Shown: piece by piece, positions 1-12,440 of the stretch
Numbering within the stretch: position 1 is the first letter of the stretch
Layout: each line of letters opens with the position of its first letter
NCBI RefSeq assembly: GCF_036321535.1
Contig: NC_087436.1
Span: forward strand, 105,154,001 to 105,218,000
From: Camelus dromedarius
Taxonomy: Eukaryota
Direction: 5' to 3'
DNA: 64,000 nucleotides
Position numbers and translations under genes: made by a program
Notes under the pieces: model-generated
Told to the model about the DNA's origin: nothing
Databases searched by the model: none
The model's input: only the letters and a program-made list of their open reading frames with translations

Positions 1-160
1 CAGGAGCGAGAAGAGGCAAGGTTCTGCCCTGGAACCTTAGGAGAGAGCCTGGCCCCGCTGACACCTTCATTTTGGACCTCTAGCCTCAGAACTGTGAGAG
101 GCTACATTTCTGTGATAGAGCCACTTTGTTTGTGGTACGCTGTTACAAGAGCCCCAAGAA
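1..160 (+). mobile_element. MLT1 (ERVL-MaLR) LTR 3' part, cut by the window edge
   Basis: gacaccttcattttggacctctagcctcagaactgtgaga...tgttaca motif typical of MLT1. Confidence 0.7.
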
Positions 161-329
161 ATGCCCTGCATCGGTCAGCAGCCTGTCCACACGGCCACTT
201 GGGCCAGGCCACAGCCACCGCAGTTCCGGGAAACTCCCGGCCCCACCTCCGGCCGCCTCACCCACATCCCACCGCAGCTCTGAGTTCTGCAGCGCCTCCC
301 ACGGCTCTGCCTGGAGGGGCAGCTCCCAG

Positions 330-349
330 CCCCCCCCCCCCCCCCCCCC
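330..349. repeat. poly-C tract (C20)
   Basis: Direct reading. Confidence 0.95.
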
Positions 350-1199
350 GCCAGAGACCTGGCCCTGTACCCGGGGGAGCCACACCAGAATCACTCCATC
401 AGAAACATTCTCTCTCCAGCTGTGGTACCCCAGATCAGACCCACTGCAGACAACTGTATAAAATGCCCAATAAATTGACTCAGTATCTGGGGCCCAGAAA
501 TCTGAGTATTTAACAAACACCTTGCGGGCCTCTGAGGTACAGAAAGTTTGAGAAAGAATGGGTTCATAAATATTTTCTGAAGGAGCCCATCTGCCTCCCC
601 AGAAGATACCCTGAGACCCTGTCAGCCAGGTGTCTGCCTGCAGAGAATGTGGTAAAGGAGAAAAGGGCCCCGAAGCGGGCCATCTCAGGCCTGGGGAGGG
701 AGCAAAAGGGCAAAGGTAATGGGTGAAATGGAAACAATTTCAGAGGGTGGCCAGCAGGCCCTCAGGGCAAGAGGGTGTGAAAGTCAGCAAGAGACAGCAG
801 AGAAAACTGGTTCAGAGAGCACATATGAGGTAAGATGGAGCAGACCTGCCTGGGGAGGAACGGACGCTGGAGTTACTACGAGGCCTCGCCATGCCCCGGG
901 AAGAAGGGTGGAGCGCAGCCAGAGGAACTGCCTGCAGCTTCAGCTCCAGCCTTACCAGCTGTGCCACCCTGGGTACGCCCTGTCCCTCTCTGGGCCTGCA
1001 TTTCCTTATCTGTAAAAAGGAGGTGATAATGGTGTCTGTGCTTCCTACTTCGCAGAGCACCAAGTGAGATGAGGGATATGAAATAATAAAGGGCTTTGGC
1101 AACTATAAGACTAGAGAGGTAATAATGGAGATGGTGGAGGTGTTTTTATCAGCGCCTGAACATAACCAGAGACCTGGGGAAACCAGAGGCCAAAAGGCC

Positions 1200-1435
1200 A
1201 CTGGGGATATGGTCACGGGCATAGACTCTACAGCCAGACCGTGGTTTCCATCACAGTGTCTCTACATACTGGCTGTGTGTTCTCAGGCAAGTTAGTCAAC
1301 CTCTCTGTGCCTTTGTTCCTTCTGTAAAATGCTGCTAACATAGTTCTTACTTCATAGGATTACTATGAGAATTAAATGGGTTACTCTGGATAAAGTACTT
1401 AGGGTCTGATGCACAGTGAATGTTTGTTAAAATAT
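1200..1435. mobile_element. MIR SINE
   Basis: ggcaagttagtcaacctctctgtgcct...tctgtaaaatg core. Confidence 0.7.
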
Positions 1436-2371
1436 CTTGTTGGGCAGAGAAGCCTATTGGTCAAGGAAGCCGTGCCAGGCTGGGTTGGGGCCGGCTGGGT
1501 GGGGGGAGGGGGTCCCAGGAGGAGAAATAAGCCAACATTTGCAGCTCTTCCTGTATATTCCTCTACCTCTCAACTCCGTGCTCAATAAACTGCTCCAGTT
1601 TGTGCTGTTACTGTGGCTGTCCACTGGAGGGAGCCACTTCCTCCTCTCCCGTCCCCTCAACACACACTGGCTGCTTAGGAAAACCCTCATCTTTCTTCCA
1701 CAAGGCTTTGATCTTTCTAATACAGTGTTCATTAAGAAACCAAGTCATCTATGTGATTACACAAGTTCGAACCAATTTTACAAAGTGTGGGGCTTCACCT
1801 TGCCCAGATGCCACAATGAATCAAACAGCTACCCAGCCAAGAGGCTGCTGACAGGTGAGGCACCGTGTGTCCTCGTGTTCTCCCAGAGTCCCAGCCCTTT
1901 CCTTCCACTGCCCTCTCTGGTGACCTTGACTGACCCCTACTCCGGGAGCAGAAGATAGAATCTGGGTACTCCACGCACCCCTGACCCCCTCACTATCTCT
2001 TCCTTCTTCCCCGAACTCTCCCTCTAGGGCAGAGGCTGAGCAGGGCCCGGGCAGGGCCCAGGCAGGGGCTGGGGAGGCCATAGGCCTCACTGAGGGGCTG
2101 AGTGGTCATTTCTTTCCAGAAGACCAAATGTCACAGTGAGACCAGCGATCCAGGGAAGCTGTTTCTCCCCTTAGACAGAGGCCTCCTCGTGAAAGACCCC
2201 TCTGTCCAGCCCAGCAGTCAGCTTCCCCCCGCCCCCGTGACCTGTAACTAACAGCCTTGGGCAGTGGGACTGAAGTCCTTGTACTGCTCTGGGCCCCCAG
2301 GCAGCACAGTTCTCCAATCCCTGCACCGAACACCGAGCACCCACCACGTCTGTGCAGCCGAGAGGCTGTTC

Positions 2372-2505
2372 AGAAGAGAAAGAGGAGGGAGGAGAAGGGG
2401 GAGAGAGAGGGACAGAAGGATGGGGAAGGAAGGGAGAGAAGGGAGGAAGGAGGGGAGAGGGGTGGAGAGAGGAGGACAGGAAAGCAATTTGGAGGAAGGA
2501 GCCAG
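2372..2505. repeat. GA-rich polypurine low-complexity tract
   Basis: Almost pure A/G on +. Confidence 0.85.
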
Positions 2506-3010
2506 ACATTAAGAAGCAAAAGTCATGGTGTCAAGGCTGGTCTTGGAGTGGAAAACTGTCTTTTGGGTAATTACAGCAGGAGGATTTCAGAGGAGGAAAA
2601 TCATCTCAGAACACCGGCCCCAGATGACAGCAGCCTCCTAACATAGGCGCCTCCCCAGGGGGACTCTAGATCCCACCTACAGGGCAAAGTGGGGACCACA
2701 CTGATTGCAAATAAGAGTAACAGCAACTAAGTCAGAGCAATAGCACTCGGTGAGCACCTACTGTGTGCCAAACGTGGTTTTATACATATTACAGACATTT
2801 TCTCAGTTCAGTCCTCACTGCAGCTCTCCCAAGTAGAGGCTGCTTGTACACAGCTTGAATACATGAAGAGTTTAGGGGACTCATTGATGGGCCATAGAAC
2901 TCCCTGGGGTGGACTAGGAGATAGACAGGACTCGAGTCTAGATCTGCCTGAATCTGGGATCCACTAGACTGTCACCGCTATCGGGTAAGGGCACTGGGTA
3001 AGGACTTCAG

Positions 3011-3175
3011 CAGGGCCCTAGCATACCGTTGAATCAGTTGCGGACTGCACAAAGGCTCCCCACCAGGAAGGGCTCTGCCCGCCAGACCCCCTCCCCTGCA
3101 GAGCCATGAGTGCCCAAAGGGAGGGGTACTTTTTCCTAATTCATCCAAAGGAGCTGATGAGCCACTAGCTTCTCT
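3011..3175. mobile_element. MER91-like hAT-Tip100 MITE
   Basis: cagggcc start, ctgcacaaagg and ttttcctaattc..caaagg motifs. Confidence 0.5.
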
Positions 3176-4229
3176 GCCTTTGACCCAGATGATCTCCTCT
3201 TATTCCCACAACAACCCTTTCAGGAAGGTACAGCAGCCCCCCAGAGTTCACAGACTTAACATGGACAGAAGGGCCCCCCACAACAGGTCTGTGGTGTGAA
3301 AGCATTGGTCATCTTGCTGGAGCTCAAATCTGAATGCTCGTGGGATGGTCACTTGGCAGGTGAGTGGCCTGCTAGCTCACGGCCTGATTCAGCTATCAGT
3401 GTCACCTGGTTGTATCCCAATGTTTCCCCTTTTATGGGAAAAACTAGATGGAGGACAGTATTCATAAATATTAGAACTATTTACGAAATCCAAAAGTGTA
3501 TCATTTCGGGAAGGATGGAGATGGTACACTTAGTGACTGTTTATAACAGGTGGGCTGATTTAGGGAGCCAGTGAGCTGGTGCAGCCCCAGAGACCAGCGT
3601 CAGTGGGGAGGGGCGAGGTGAGGGGGAACAGCATAGCTGGAACCAGGGGGAGCCAAGGCTGGCCCAGGGGGCACTCAGACCAAAGACCTCGGTCAGGCGG
3701 GGAGTGGCCAGAACAAACACCTTGACCTCTTGCTCCTCTCATCCTCTGGTCTCCTGTCCCAGCCTCTCTCTCATGTCAAAGCCAAGGGGAAGGCAAAGGC
3801 CAGAGAACGGGGATGACTCTATCCATAGAGATCAGCCTGCCCCACACAGAGTTCCAGGGTGAAGGTGGAAAGGGCAAAGGCGAGGGAGGAAGGGACAGTA
3901 TGGCCCCTGCTTCCCTCTGAGAACAGAACAAGCACTTCCCTCCCTGAACTTCTGGAAATGTTGCTGGTAGACCACCCTCTGCTGTCAGCTTGTGGGGGGC
4001 CAAGGCCTGGAACCCTCACCTCGAAGAGAGGAAACACTTGGGCAACACCAGAGTTGGTGAGGATGCAGTGTGACAGGGACTCTTGCCCTCTGCTAGTGCG
4101 CGTGTAGATCATACTGACCCGCTGGGGACCAGTCCCGCAAAAGTAAGTGAGGCTGGATATTTGCAGACCTCTTGAGTTAGCAGTTCTGTTCGTGGAAAAA
4201 CACTTTAAAGAAACTCTAGTAAGAACAGG

Positions 4230-4740
4230 ACACCGGTAAAAAAAAATGTTCATTGAAGTATCACTTGTAAGAGCAGAAACTTACAACATCCTAAATGCCC
4301 ATCGACAGAAGAATGGATAAATAACTTGTGGAATGTTCCACAGACTTGAAATGACTGAGCTATGGCTCTGTGAATCAACATGGGTAAATCTCCAAGCATA
4401 GTATTGAACACAAAAAGGTACGTTGCTGAAGGCTGTACATAACCGTGTAACAGTTTATAATGTATGTCCATACATAGTATATGTTGTTATATAATAAAAA
4501 CTTTATATTATAAATGATCTGTAAACTTTAACAACATATACAATAATAGAATTTTTTGTGGAGACAATATTTGTGTTAATAATATGAAAACATGCCTGGG
4601 ATTAACAACCAAATTCAGAGAGGGGGGGAGGAGACGTAAGGGCTCCAATTGTGTCTATAACGTTCTGTTTTATTTTTGAAAATCTGGCAAAAGGGTAAAG
4701 TTTTATAATCCCAGTAGCAGATCCATGGCTGCTCGCTACA
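4230..4740 (+). mobile_element. Old L1 (L1M) 3' fragment
   Basis: aatgttcattgaag...cctaaatgcccatcgacagaagaatggataaat. Confidence 0.7.
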
Positions 4741-7700
4741 TTACTCGCCATGCTGTTATATTTGCTGGCGTCCTGCGTACATTCTCAAGGTCTCTGATAT
4801 TTAATGAATTTCATTCTGGGACCCTTGGGCTCAGTATTTCAAATCAGCCCTTTAATTAAAGAACTTCACTCACGTGTCCCTTAACACTTGGAATCTCCTC
4901 GAAAACCCTGCCCTCACGGCTCTGTGAGAGAGCTCCTGGTTCTCCCCCCAACTGCCCTGGAATATTGGAGAGTGCCCTCTCGGTAAATCCAGCACCTGCT
5001 TCCGTTTGTTTTAAGAATCACCTGGTACACAGGCTGCCTCCAAGAACACTTGACTGCTCTCTGCTTAATCAGGGAGCAGCTTCAAGCACCGCAGAAGGAC
5101 TCAGGAAAACACTGTCTTCCTCCCCAGGGAACTCTGCCCAGTCCCAGGTACCAGGAATTCTGAGGACACACGTCCAGCAGGAAAGGCTTTTCCCATATTT
5201 GTCACACCCATGGGGGGCCTGGTTTCCCCTCAGAGCCCTCGGCTTACCTGCACCCTCAGGAGGTTTCTGGGGGTTGCTGCAAAAAACCATTCATAAGGTT
5301 TCAAGAATTTCACCATGGGTGCAGAGAGCAATGGCCCTCTGAGTTGTTTTCCCAAGTCCACATTCAAAGGCCTTTAAGGAAATATCTGATCAGCTTGGTC
5401 TTGTGTCCTGACAAAAACCCCAGTCACCTTCCGTTTCCCTGCATCAGAAGTCCCCCACCCCACACACATGCAGTCTCTCTGCCTCCTTTGACCCCTTCTA
5501 AATAGAAGAACTCAGCAACTCCAAGGAGACTTGGGGAGGAACCGGCAGAACCCAGGAGTACGGGGAGGTGGGCGAGTCCGTCCGGCCTTGAGACTTCATC
5601 GCCCATCACCATGCTCCCTGAGGACACCTTTGCATGGGTGCTGCTCCCCTTCTCTGCCCCTCACTGGGCACCAGTGGGGCTGCTCCATGTGCCAGGCAGG
5701 TGGCCGCAAATCTGGCCAAGAAGCGGTGCCTGGCAGAGCTTATCTGCTAGTGGGGGGAACAGGCGGTTTACAAGAAAACTAACAGTCACACAGTATAATT
5801 GCAGGTAGAGATATGTGCTAGGTGGAAAAGCAAAGTGGGAGAATGGGGTGAGGGGTAGGGGGAGTCAATGCCTCATCGGCAGGGTTGGGAAGCCTCTGTG
5901 GGAAGGTGACTTCAGAACACAGTGGACGTCGGAACGTGAGGTGGGAGCCAGGCATGGAGACATCTAGGGGCAAGTGGGTCTAAGAAGAGGGACCAGCAAG
6001 AATGTGATGGGAGGTGCAGTGCAGGTGGTGAGACAGCCAGGGCAGACCTTGTCCAGTGCTGTGAAAGAACAGTCATGGCGCTGTTTTACAGATGAAGAGA
6101 CAGAGGGTCCAGAAGGTTACAAGGCTTGCCAAGACCGCACAGATAGTACTTGCTAGCTGAAGCCAGGCCATCTGACTCCAAAAGGCATTACTCCCCACTG
6201 CCTTCCTGCATTGGACACACCCAGATCCACGGCCCGTATCCAAACCCTGGGTCAGCTGTGAGTCGAAATCCAGAAGATTCCAGTTTAAGAATGTCCATGC
6301 AGTGCAGTGTGGCACGGTCTGTGATGCCCCCAGGGAGTCTGGGACAGCACACAATTAAACATATGAACATAGCATGACACAATTAGACATATTCCTATTT
6401 CTGCACCAAAACATACTCATCTTCACACTTATGGGCTAAATACGAGCTATTAATAGCCTCAGTTCAGGTGAGATTTTGCCACCAAATTCGGGTCACAATT
6501 TAATGCCAGTTTAGTTACCAAAATAAATAACAAACAACTCGTTTTTCAGAGCCTTTAGGATTTCCACTAAAAGCACTGGGGGCACAAAGTTACAGCTTCT
6601 GAAAATGACAGCTCTGTAAAGACAGGAGGTGGGGAAGCCAGCTGGAAACAAGGTCACCCATATTCCCACCTCGGCGCGGCTCAGACTGTAGGAACTGTCG
6701 CTAAGGGGGCCGAGCGCTCAGGGTGCAAACTTCCTCGATGGCAAAGGAGCCAACAGCAGCTGGAGGGCAGCTGGCAATGCAAGGGAGAAAGGTGAAGCCA
6801 GAGTCCAGATCCGGGTGAGAGAAGGCAACTGGAAAGCCCAGCTTTACCAGTAAGGGAACAAAATGAAAGTTAGCTTTTCAGCCCTTCTTTTTGTGCCCTT
6901 GCAAGACTGGGTTGGGTTTGAAAATGAGACCAGAGGCAGAGAAGTTAAAGAAGGGAGAGACAGAAAAGCATCTTTCTTTAAATTAAAAAAAAAAAGTTTA
7001 CCCTGGTGCCTGAGTCTTGGTCCTCCTGCCCCATCCCTACCAAGAAGTGCAAACCCATCCTGGACCCCTTCCGGGCTCCCCCTCCTCGCTCTGCCTTAGC
7101 CCCCCTCTCCTCTGCTCAGCCCCTTAGAAGGGCCAGCACTGGAGCGAGGCCAAGGGTGCCGGGCAGAGGAGCCAGGCTGGAAGAGGTATTGGCCATCGTT
7201 CCCCACCCAACATCAGGTTGCAACTCAGTCTACATACGGTTTCCACTTCTGTCTTAACCAGCTTTAAGAGTCACTGAGAATCAAATGGCAACAGAATTAG
7301 GAAATGATACAACCCCAGGCTTTCCTTGGGAAATTGGGAAAATATTCATTCATTCAATGATTCTACAAAGTTTACTGAGCTCCTACTATGTGCCAGGGGT
7401 TGGGCTACATTAGCAAACAAAACAGCAAGAGTCCTTGCCCTCACTGGGGAGGGGAGTCAGACTTGGATCCAAAATACCATCACGTATGTTTTTCAAAAAG
7501 GTTAAGAAAGGCCTCCGACAGCTGCTACCAGCCCCTGTGGCATTGTCTCATGAATGCCCTCAGTGGAGAAAAATGTCCATCCTTTGAGAGTTTGAGGGCG
7601 TTCAAAGCCAGAGCTGATGTCTGAGGCAATACTTAAATGGGGAAATTTTCCTTGACCAGAAAGAAACATGTAACCAAAGCAATGAAGCGACGGTGATGAC

Positions 7701-8339
7701 CATCTGGAATTAACCACATAAGCAAGGGAGAGTCACCACGGCTGAGTTCGCTGAGTGTGGGTCTGGGCCAGAATGCGTCAACCCCTTCCCGGGAACATTA
7801 TCTCCTTTGCCCTCACCTGGACCCCAAGCAGGATAGGATCACTGTCCCCATTCCACAGGTAAGGAAGATGAGGCTTCGAGACGTTAAGGAGCCTGGTTAT
7901 GGTCTCATGGCTACTGAGTGGCAGAGTGTGGGCTCGGAGCTGCTATGTCCGCCCCCAAGCTTGTTGTTGGGACTAGGGCAGGGAGAGGGGGAGGGACTAC
8001 TCCAAGCTGGGGGGGTCTCTGTGCAGGGAGGTGAGACAATGGCAGAGGGATTGGTCCTCAGGCAGGAAGGGAGGGAGCTAGCCCCGCAGGGGTTGGTGTC
8101 CACGGGAAATCTGGGACAGGGAGCAGTGGGGATGACAGCAGTACAGAAAAGCCTCAGCACTTCAGGGCAGGGCTTGAAAAAGATGTGATTTTGCAGTGAG
8201 CCCCCAAATCGCAAATCATTAAAGGAAGACTTCATATTCTTGCTTTTGGGTGTTTCAGGATGCCGTCTCGAGGCTACATCTGCAGGCCTTGGGCTGTGAA
8301 GCCACTTTCGTGATAATTGGCTCCTGGATGGAGCATCCC

Positions 8340-8710
8340 TGGGTGGAATCTGAAACTGGGCCAAACAAGGGAGGGCAAGGAGAGACCAAGAAAGAGGCAG
8401 CCGCCCCAGATTGGTTGTTGGCAGGTTTAATAAGCAAAGGAACTTACAAACGAGACTTGTTTGAGGTGGCCCCCAGATCTCCACACCTGCTAGTCAATCT
8501 TAAAAGTTTATGCAGACGCCTTAAGTGGGTTCAGATGGTCTCAACGACACATTATTTCAAAGCTGCATCCTTGAAACAGCTCCTAGTGTGGTCATGGTGG
8601 GTAGAACCTAGGTTCCAAGGGCAGGGGACGGGGTGAGGAGCCTCTGATTGCCCGGGTCCAGCTCACAGGTTAACCGGTGGTCACGTCCTCTCAATGACCT
8701 CCTCTGACAC
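8340..8710 (-). mobile_element. Probable ERV LTR, antisense
   Basis: LTR-like composition with minus-strand ATTAAA (8426-8431); family not confidently recalled. Confidence 0.4.
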
Positions 8711-9218
8711 ATAAACAGCAAACTATGCATTGAAATTAGACTTACAAGGTTTCTCACTGGTTTTGTGTAGCAGTGCTGATTAGGTCCTTGAAATTTTTGC
8801 TCTCCACAGGTTAAATATTGCCCCCCTCCCTGCAAATGTTTTGCACAGTGTATTTGCTTAGCAAATCTCTTTGTCATAAAATATACCAACACTCCATTTT
8901 AAACGAACAGGATCCAAATAAACGAAATTTGACCCAACTTAGATGTTTGTTTCAGCCCCAGCTCACTGACACCCACACTGTCCAGAAGACCCAGGCCATA
9001 CCAAGATGGGAAAAACACACAGGAAGATTTGCAGGCTTGAGAAAGACACAGACTCCTCAACAGGCCCCAAGGACGTTCTCCCGGGTGTTTGAACTGGGTT
9101 CTACCAGGAGGCCCTCAGCACCTGGGGACAGCACAATCTCAAATTTTAAATAAAACTTTGAAAACTGCAGCTAGATCATGAATGTGTCCTTGGTCATGAG
9201 TCCAAAAATGAACACAGG

Positions 9219-9915
9219 ACTGGTTATGCCATTTGCAGGACCCAGTGTGGAATGAAAATACGGGACCCCTTGTTAAAAATTTCAAGACGGCGACAGTGAA
9301 GTGAGAGACTGAATATGCAAATGCTCAACAGCCAGACCATATATAAAAATGGCACTCTGACCCACAGCCTGCAGCCACCTACCCAGGAAACCAACTCCTT
9401 ATCTACAATAGCCAGCCCAGGAGGCCAGCCTGCTTTAAGTAAGTCGTTCTTGCAGGAAGTGAGACTGCCATCTCCAGTGACAGTCCAGGAAACCAAACCA
9501 AAATCCTTGTAACAATCGGCCCCAAATGGCCAGGACTTGATCAATAACTGACAGCTTCCCTAATTTTTGTCCCTGCTTTCAACTTAGGACCAAGCAGAGA
9601 AAGCCAAACATGCACCTCTAACCAGTCACACAGGACGCCCCGCTTCCTTCCACTCAGCCTCCTCCAGCCTCCCTGGGCCAGCAGCCTCCAGTCAGGGCAC
9701 GCCTGGAACCGTCCCTTTCCCCCACTATAAAGCGTCCCCACCCCTTCTGCCTGCCTTGGAGTCTCTGCCAAAATGCAAGACTGCCTCCCTTGCTCAAGGA
9801 AGCTCGGAATAAACAGCTTGTTCTCATTTGATTGGTCTCTGTTTATCTCCACAGAGCATTAAAGTGAGCCTGGGCCCTTCAGAGCACGAGGCCACGCATG
9901 GTGAAGCAGACCTGG
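9219..9915 (+). mobile_element. MER45A-like hAT-Tip100 element split by an LTR
   Basis: Left half ...ggacccagtgtggaatgaaaatacgggaccccttgtt...gacggcgacag; right half agcattaaa...gggcccttc. Confidence 0.6.
9297..9853 (+). mobile_element. Solo ERV1-class LTR (MER34/MER39-like)
   Basis: TG...CA ends, TATAAA 9726-9731, AATAAA 9808-9813, caataactgacagcttccctaattttt motif. Confidence 0.7.
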
Positions 9916-9940
9916 CGTTAACAGCCCAGAAAAGCAAACT

Positions 9941-9957
9941 GCTGCCCTCTGCAGGGG
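9941..9957 (-). promoter_or_regulatory. CTCF motif match (CCTGCAGAGGGCAGC on minus)
   Basis: Close match to CCASYAGRKGGCRS. Confidence 0.5.
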
Positions 9958-10290
9958 CTGCCAACCATCCTCCCACTCACAAGCCGAGACCATGTCTGAG
10001 ACCCCTGTCTCCTGATGGGGACTCTTCCACACAGTCTCCCTCTCTGGGGTGTCTCTCCCAGGCCGCTGAGCCTGGCAGAGGAATGCCTGGTGATCCAGCG
10101 TCAGCCAGAGAGGCCATGTAGTGCCTGGGCTTCCTGGATTGAGGCATTCCCACAGGGCAGCCTCAGACACCGGCCTGGGTTGGCCGAGGGGAGCAGCTCT
10201 TTCCTACCTTGGGTGGCTCAGCTCCGCCGTCCTGGCCCGAGCGCTGGGAACCTTCGGCCCTGACAGGCTTGGGGCTAGAGCTAGGCTTCT

Positions 10291-10309
10291 CAGGCACCAG
10301 GGGGCGCTA
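10291..10309 (+). promoter_or_regulatory. CTCF motif match (GCACCAGGGGGCGCTA)
   Basis: Near-consensus CTCF core. Confidence 0.6.
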
Positions 10310-11068
10310 TGGCTTCCTGAACAGGGCTCTGGGTGCCAGACTCCATCAATTTCAGGGGCAGGGCTTCCCGCAGGGCACAGAGCTTTAGTGAGGATTTGCA
10401 ACCAGGCAGCAGGGGTGCACGCCCTTGAGTTCATGGGCCAGAAGGGGAAGGTACGTAATTTATAAGTTAAGGGAGGGCCTGACCCCTCATGACCTCTGTG
10501 TGACCTAATCACCTCCACTCTGAGCCTCTCTGTCCTCTTCCATTTAAAGGGATAAACAATGCTTCCTTTCCCATGGGTGATGGGGTGGGGGCAGCTGAAC
10601 AAGTTAACACCCATAGTGCATGGAGCCTGGGTCCTCGCCTATGATTAGCGCTCAGAAAACACAACGGTTACGGTGAGAACTCTGTTGGAGCAGAGATGCC
10701 AGCCAACCTGGGGCTGGGCTGCTGGGGCCTGGAGCTGAGGTGTGGGGCTTGGATGAGTGAGGGCAGCTTTGGAAAAGCATTTGATCTGGACTCTGGGCCC
10801 CGCCAGAGGGACAACAGAGCTTTATTCTTCTAAATTAGGTGGACACATTTCGTACACTTCTCCCCCCAGAGCAGCATCGCTCCTTTCTGTTCTGCTTCAA
10901 CCCATAAACCATGACTGTCTTCCTTTCCTTTTCTAGTGACTTTGTGTGGCATCATCTTCTCAACCGCTTGGCAGCAAACCGTCACCCATCCCTCCAGCTT
11001 CTGGAAATGGGCTGGGAAGTGTCACACGCCCAATGCCCGGCCCAGAGCCAGACTAGCTGTAAATCAGC

Positions 11069-11136
11069 ATATATAATTATATACATATTTTTTATATTTA
11101 TATTTTATATTTATAATTTATATATATACATATAAT
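11069..11136. repeat. AT-rich (TA)n low complexity
   Basis: Direct reading. Confidence 0.8.
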
Positions 11137-11783
11137 TAAGCATAAACAGGCTATTACCCTAATTTTGGAACGACGAGGAGTGAAGAGTTAGAAATTTGAG
11201 ATCTAAGGCTCACGTTTTCACTGAATTGCTGAGCCAATTTGCAAATCTGTTCCTTCAACTCCCATTTCTCAAATGCAAACTACACGATTACATATCCTGC
11301 TCCATCCCAAGACCCTCTCACCCCATCAAGTCCCTTTTACCTGTTGGATGAGTAAATAAGATAACCGTTTGTGATCCTCTGAGCTATTTTGTGGAAAAAC
11401 ACAAAATGTAACTTATTTTCCTGACACCACATTATCACAGTTCCTAGCCCACAGCTAATGGGCCAAGTATGTTTCTGGTCTGTATCTCGTGGGGTCGTCA
11501 GTCTTTCTCGCAGCGTTCACAACCGAGCATTCCGTGTTTTGCAGTTTCCCTACCACAAACTGCAAACTCGCCCCCTTCCTGGCCCACGAATTTATTCTGA
11601 AGATCATTTCTCCGCCTCTCACCGGCTTTCCATTTCCCGTGGGAGCCTATACCCACTGAAGTCTGTAGACCAATAAAATGCAAAGTAATCTTGATGAATT
11701 GGGAAGTGGGACAGAGAACATTCACAGCACAAATACTGTGGGCAGCTTTCCGGGGAGAGCACAGCTGTCTCTGTGAGCCCTGA

Positions 11784-11843
11784 GCACGCACACACACATA
11801 CACGCACGCACACATACACGCACGCACACGCACAGACACACAC
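11784..11843. repeat. Compound (CA)n/(CACG)n microsatellite
   Basis: Direct reading. Confidence 0.9.
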
Positions 11844-12159
11844 GAACCTGTTTGGGAGGCAAAGCAAGAGGACATGGTAACTGGCGTGGGCAGCACTGTC
11901 TTGGAGGAAACCACACTGACATCAGGCGGCAGAATTGGGGGTTCTACCACCTACTGCTCCCATGTCTGCAGGAAAAGCAGCATTGCTCCCTCTCACAGCC
12001 AGTCTCCTCACCGTTGGTGATTCTGAACAAAGGAGTTCTGAGAAGCTTGGGCAGTCAGTCACGCCCCACAGACACCACGGTGGCCATGCCCCTGCAGGAA
12101 GACTGTGCCCAGGGAGTGTGGCCAGGGCACGGGAGGGAGAGCGGGGTCGTGGAACAATA

Positions 12160-12440
12160 CAGACCCCAGAAAGGCAACACATGCAGTGGTTACAAGCAAG
12201 GGTGCTGCACCAGACTGCCTAGCTTCACATGCCCATCCTGCCCTTGCTGTCTGTGCAACTCCAGTGAACAAGTGAGAAGACTTACCCTGTGCTTCAGTTT
12301 CTTCATCTGTGAAATGGGGATGATGCTAATAGTAGTACTTACCTTGTAGGACTGGGGTGAGGCTTAAATGAGTTATTCGTGGGATGTGCTTGGATGGTGC
12401 CCAGCTTACTAAGTACTCAGTCATTCTAGCAATTGTTGTC
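12160..12440. mobile_element. MIR SINE
   Basis: cttcagtttcttcatctgtgaaatggggatgatgctaatagtagtact core. Confidence 0.75.
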
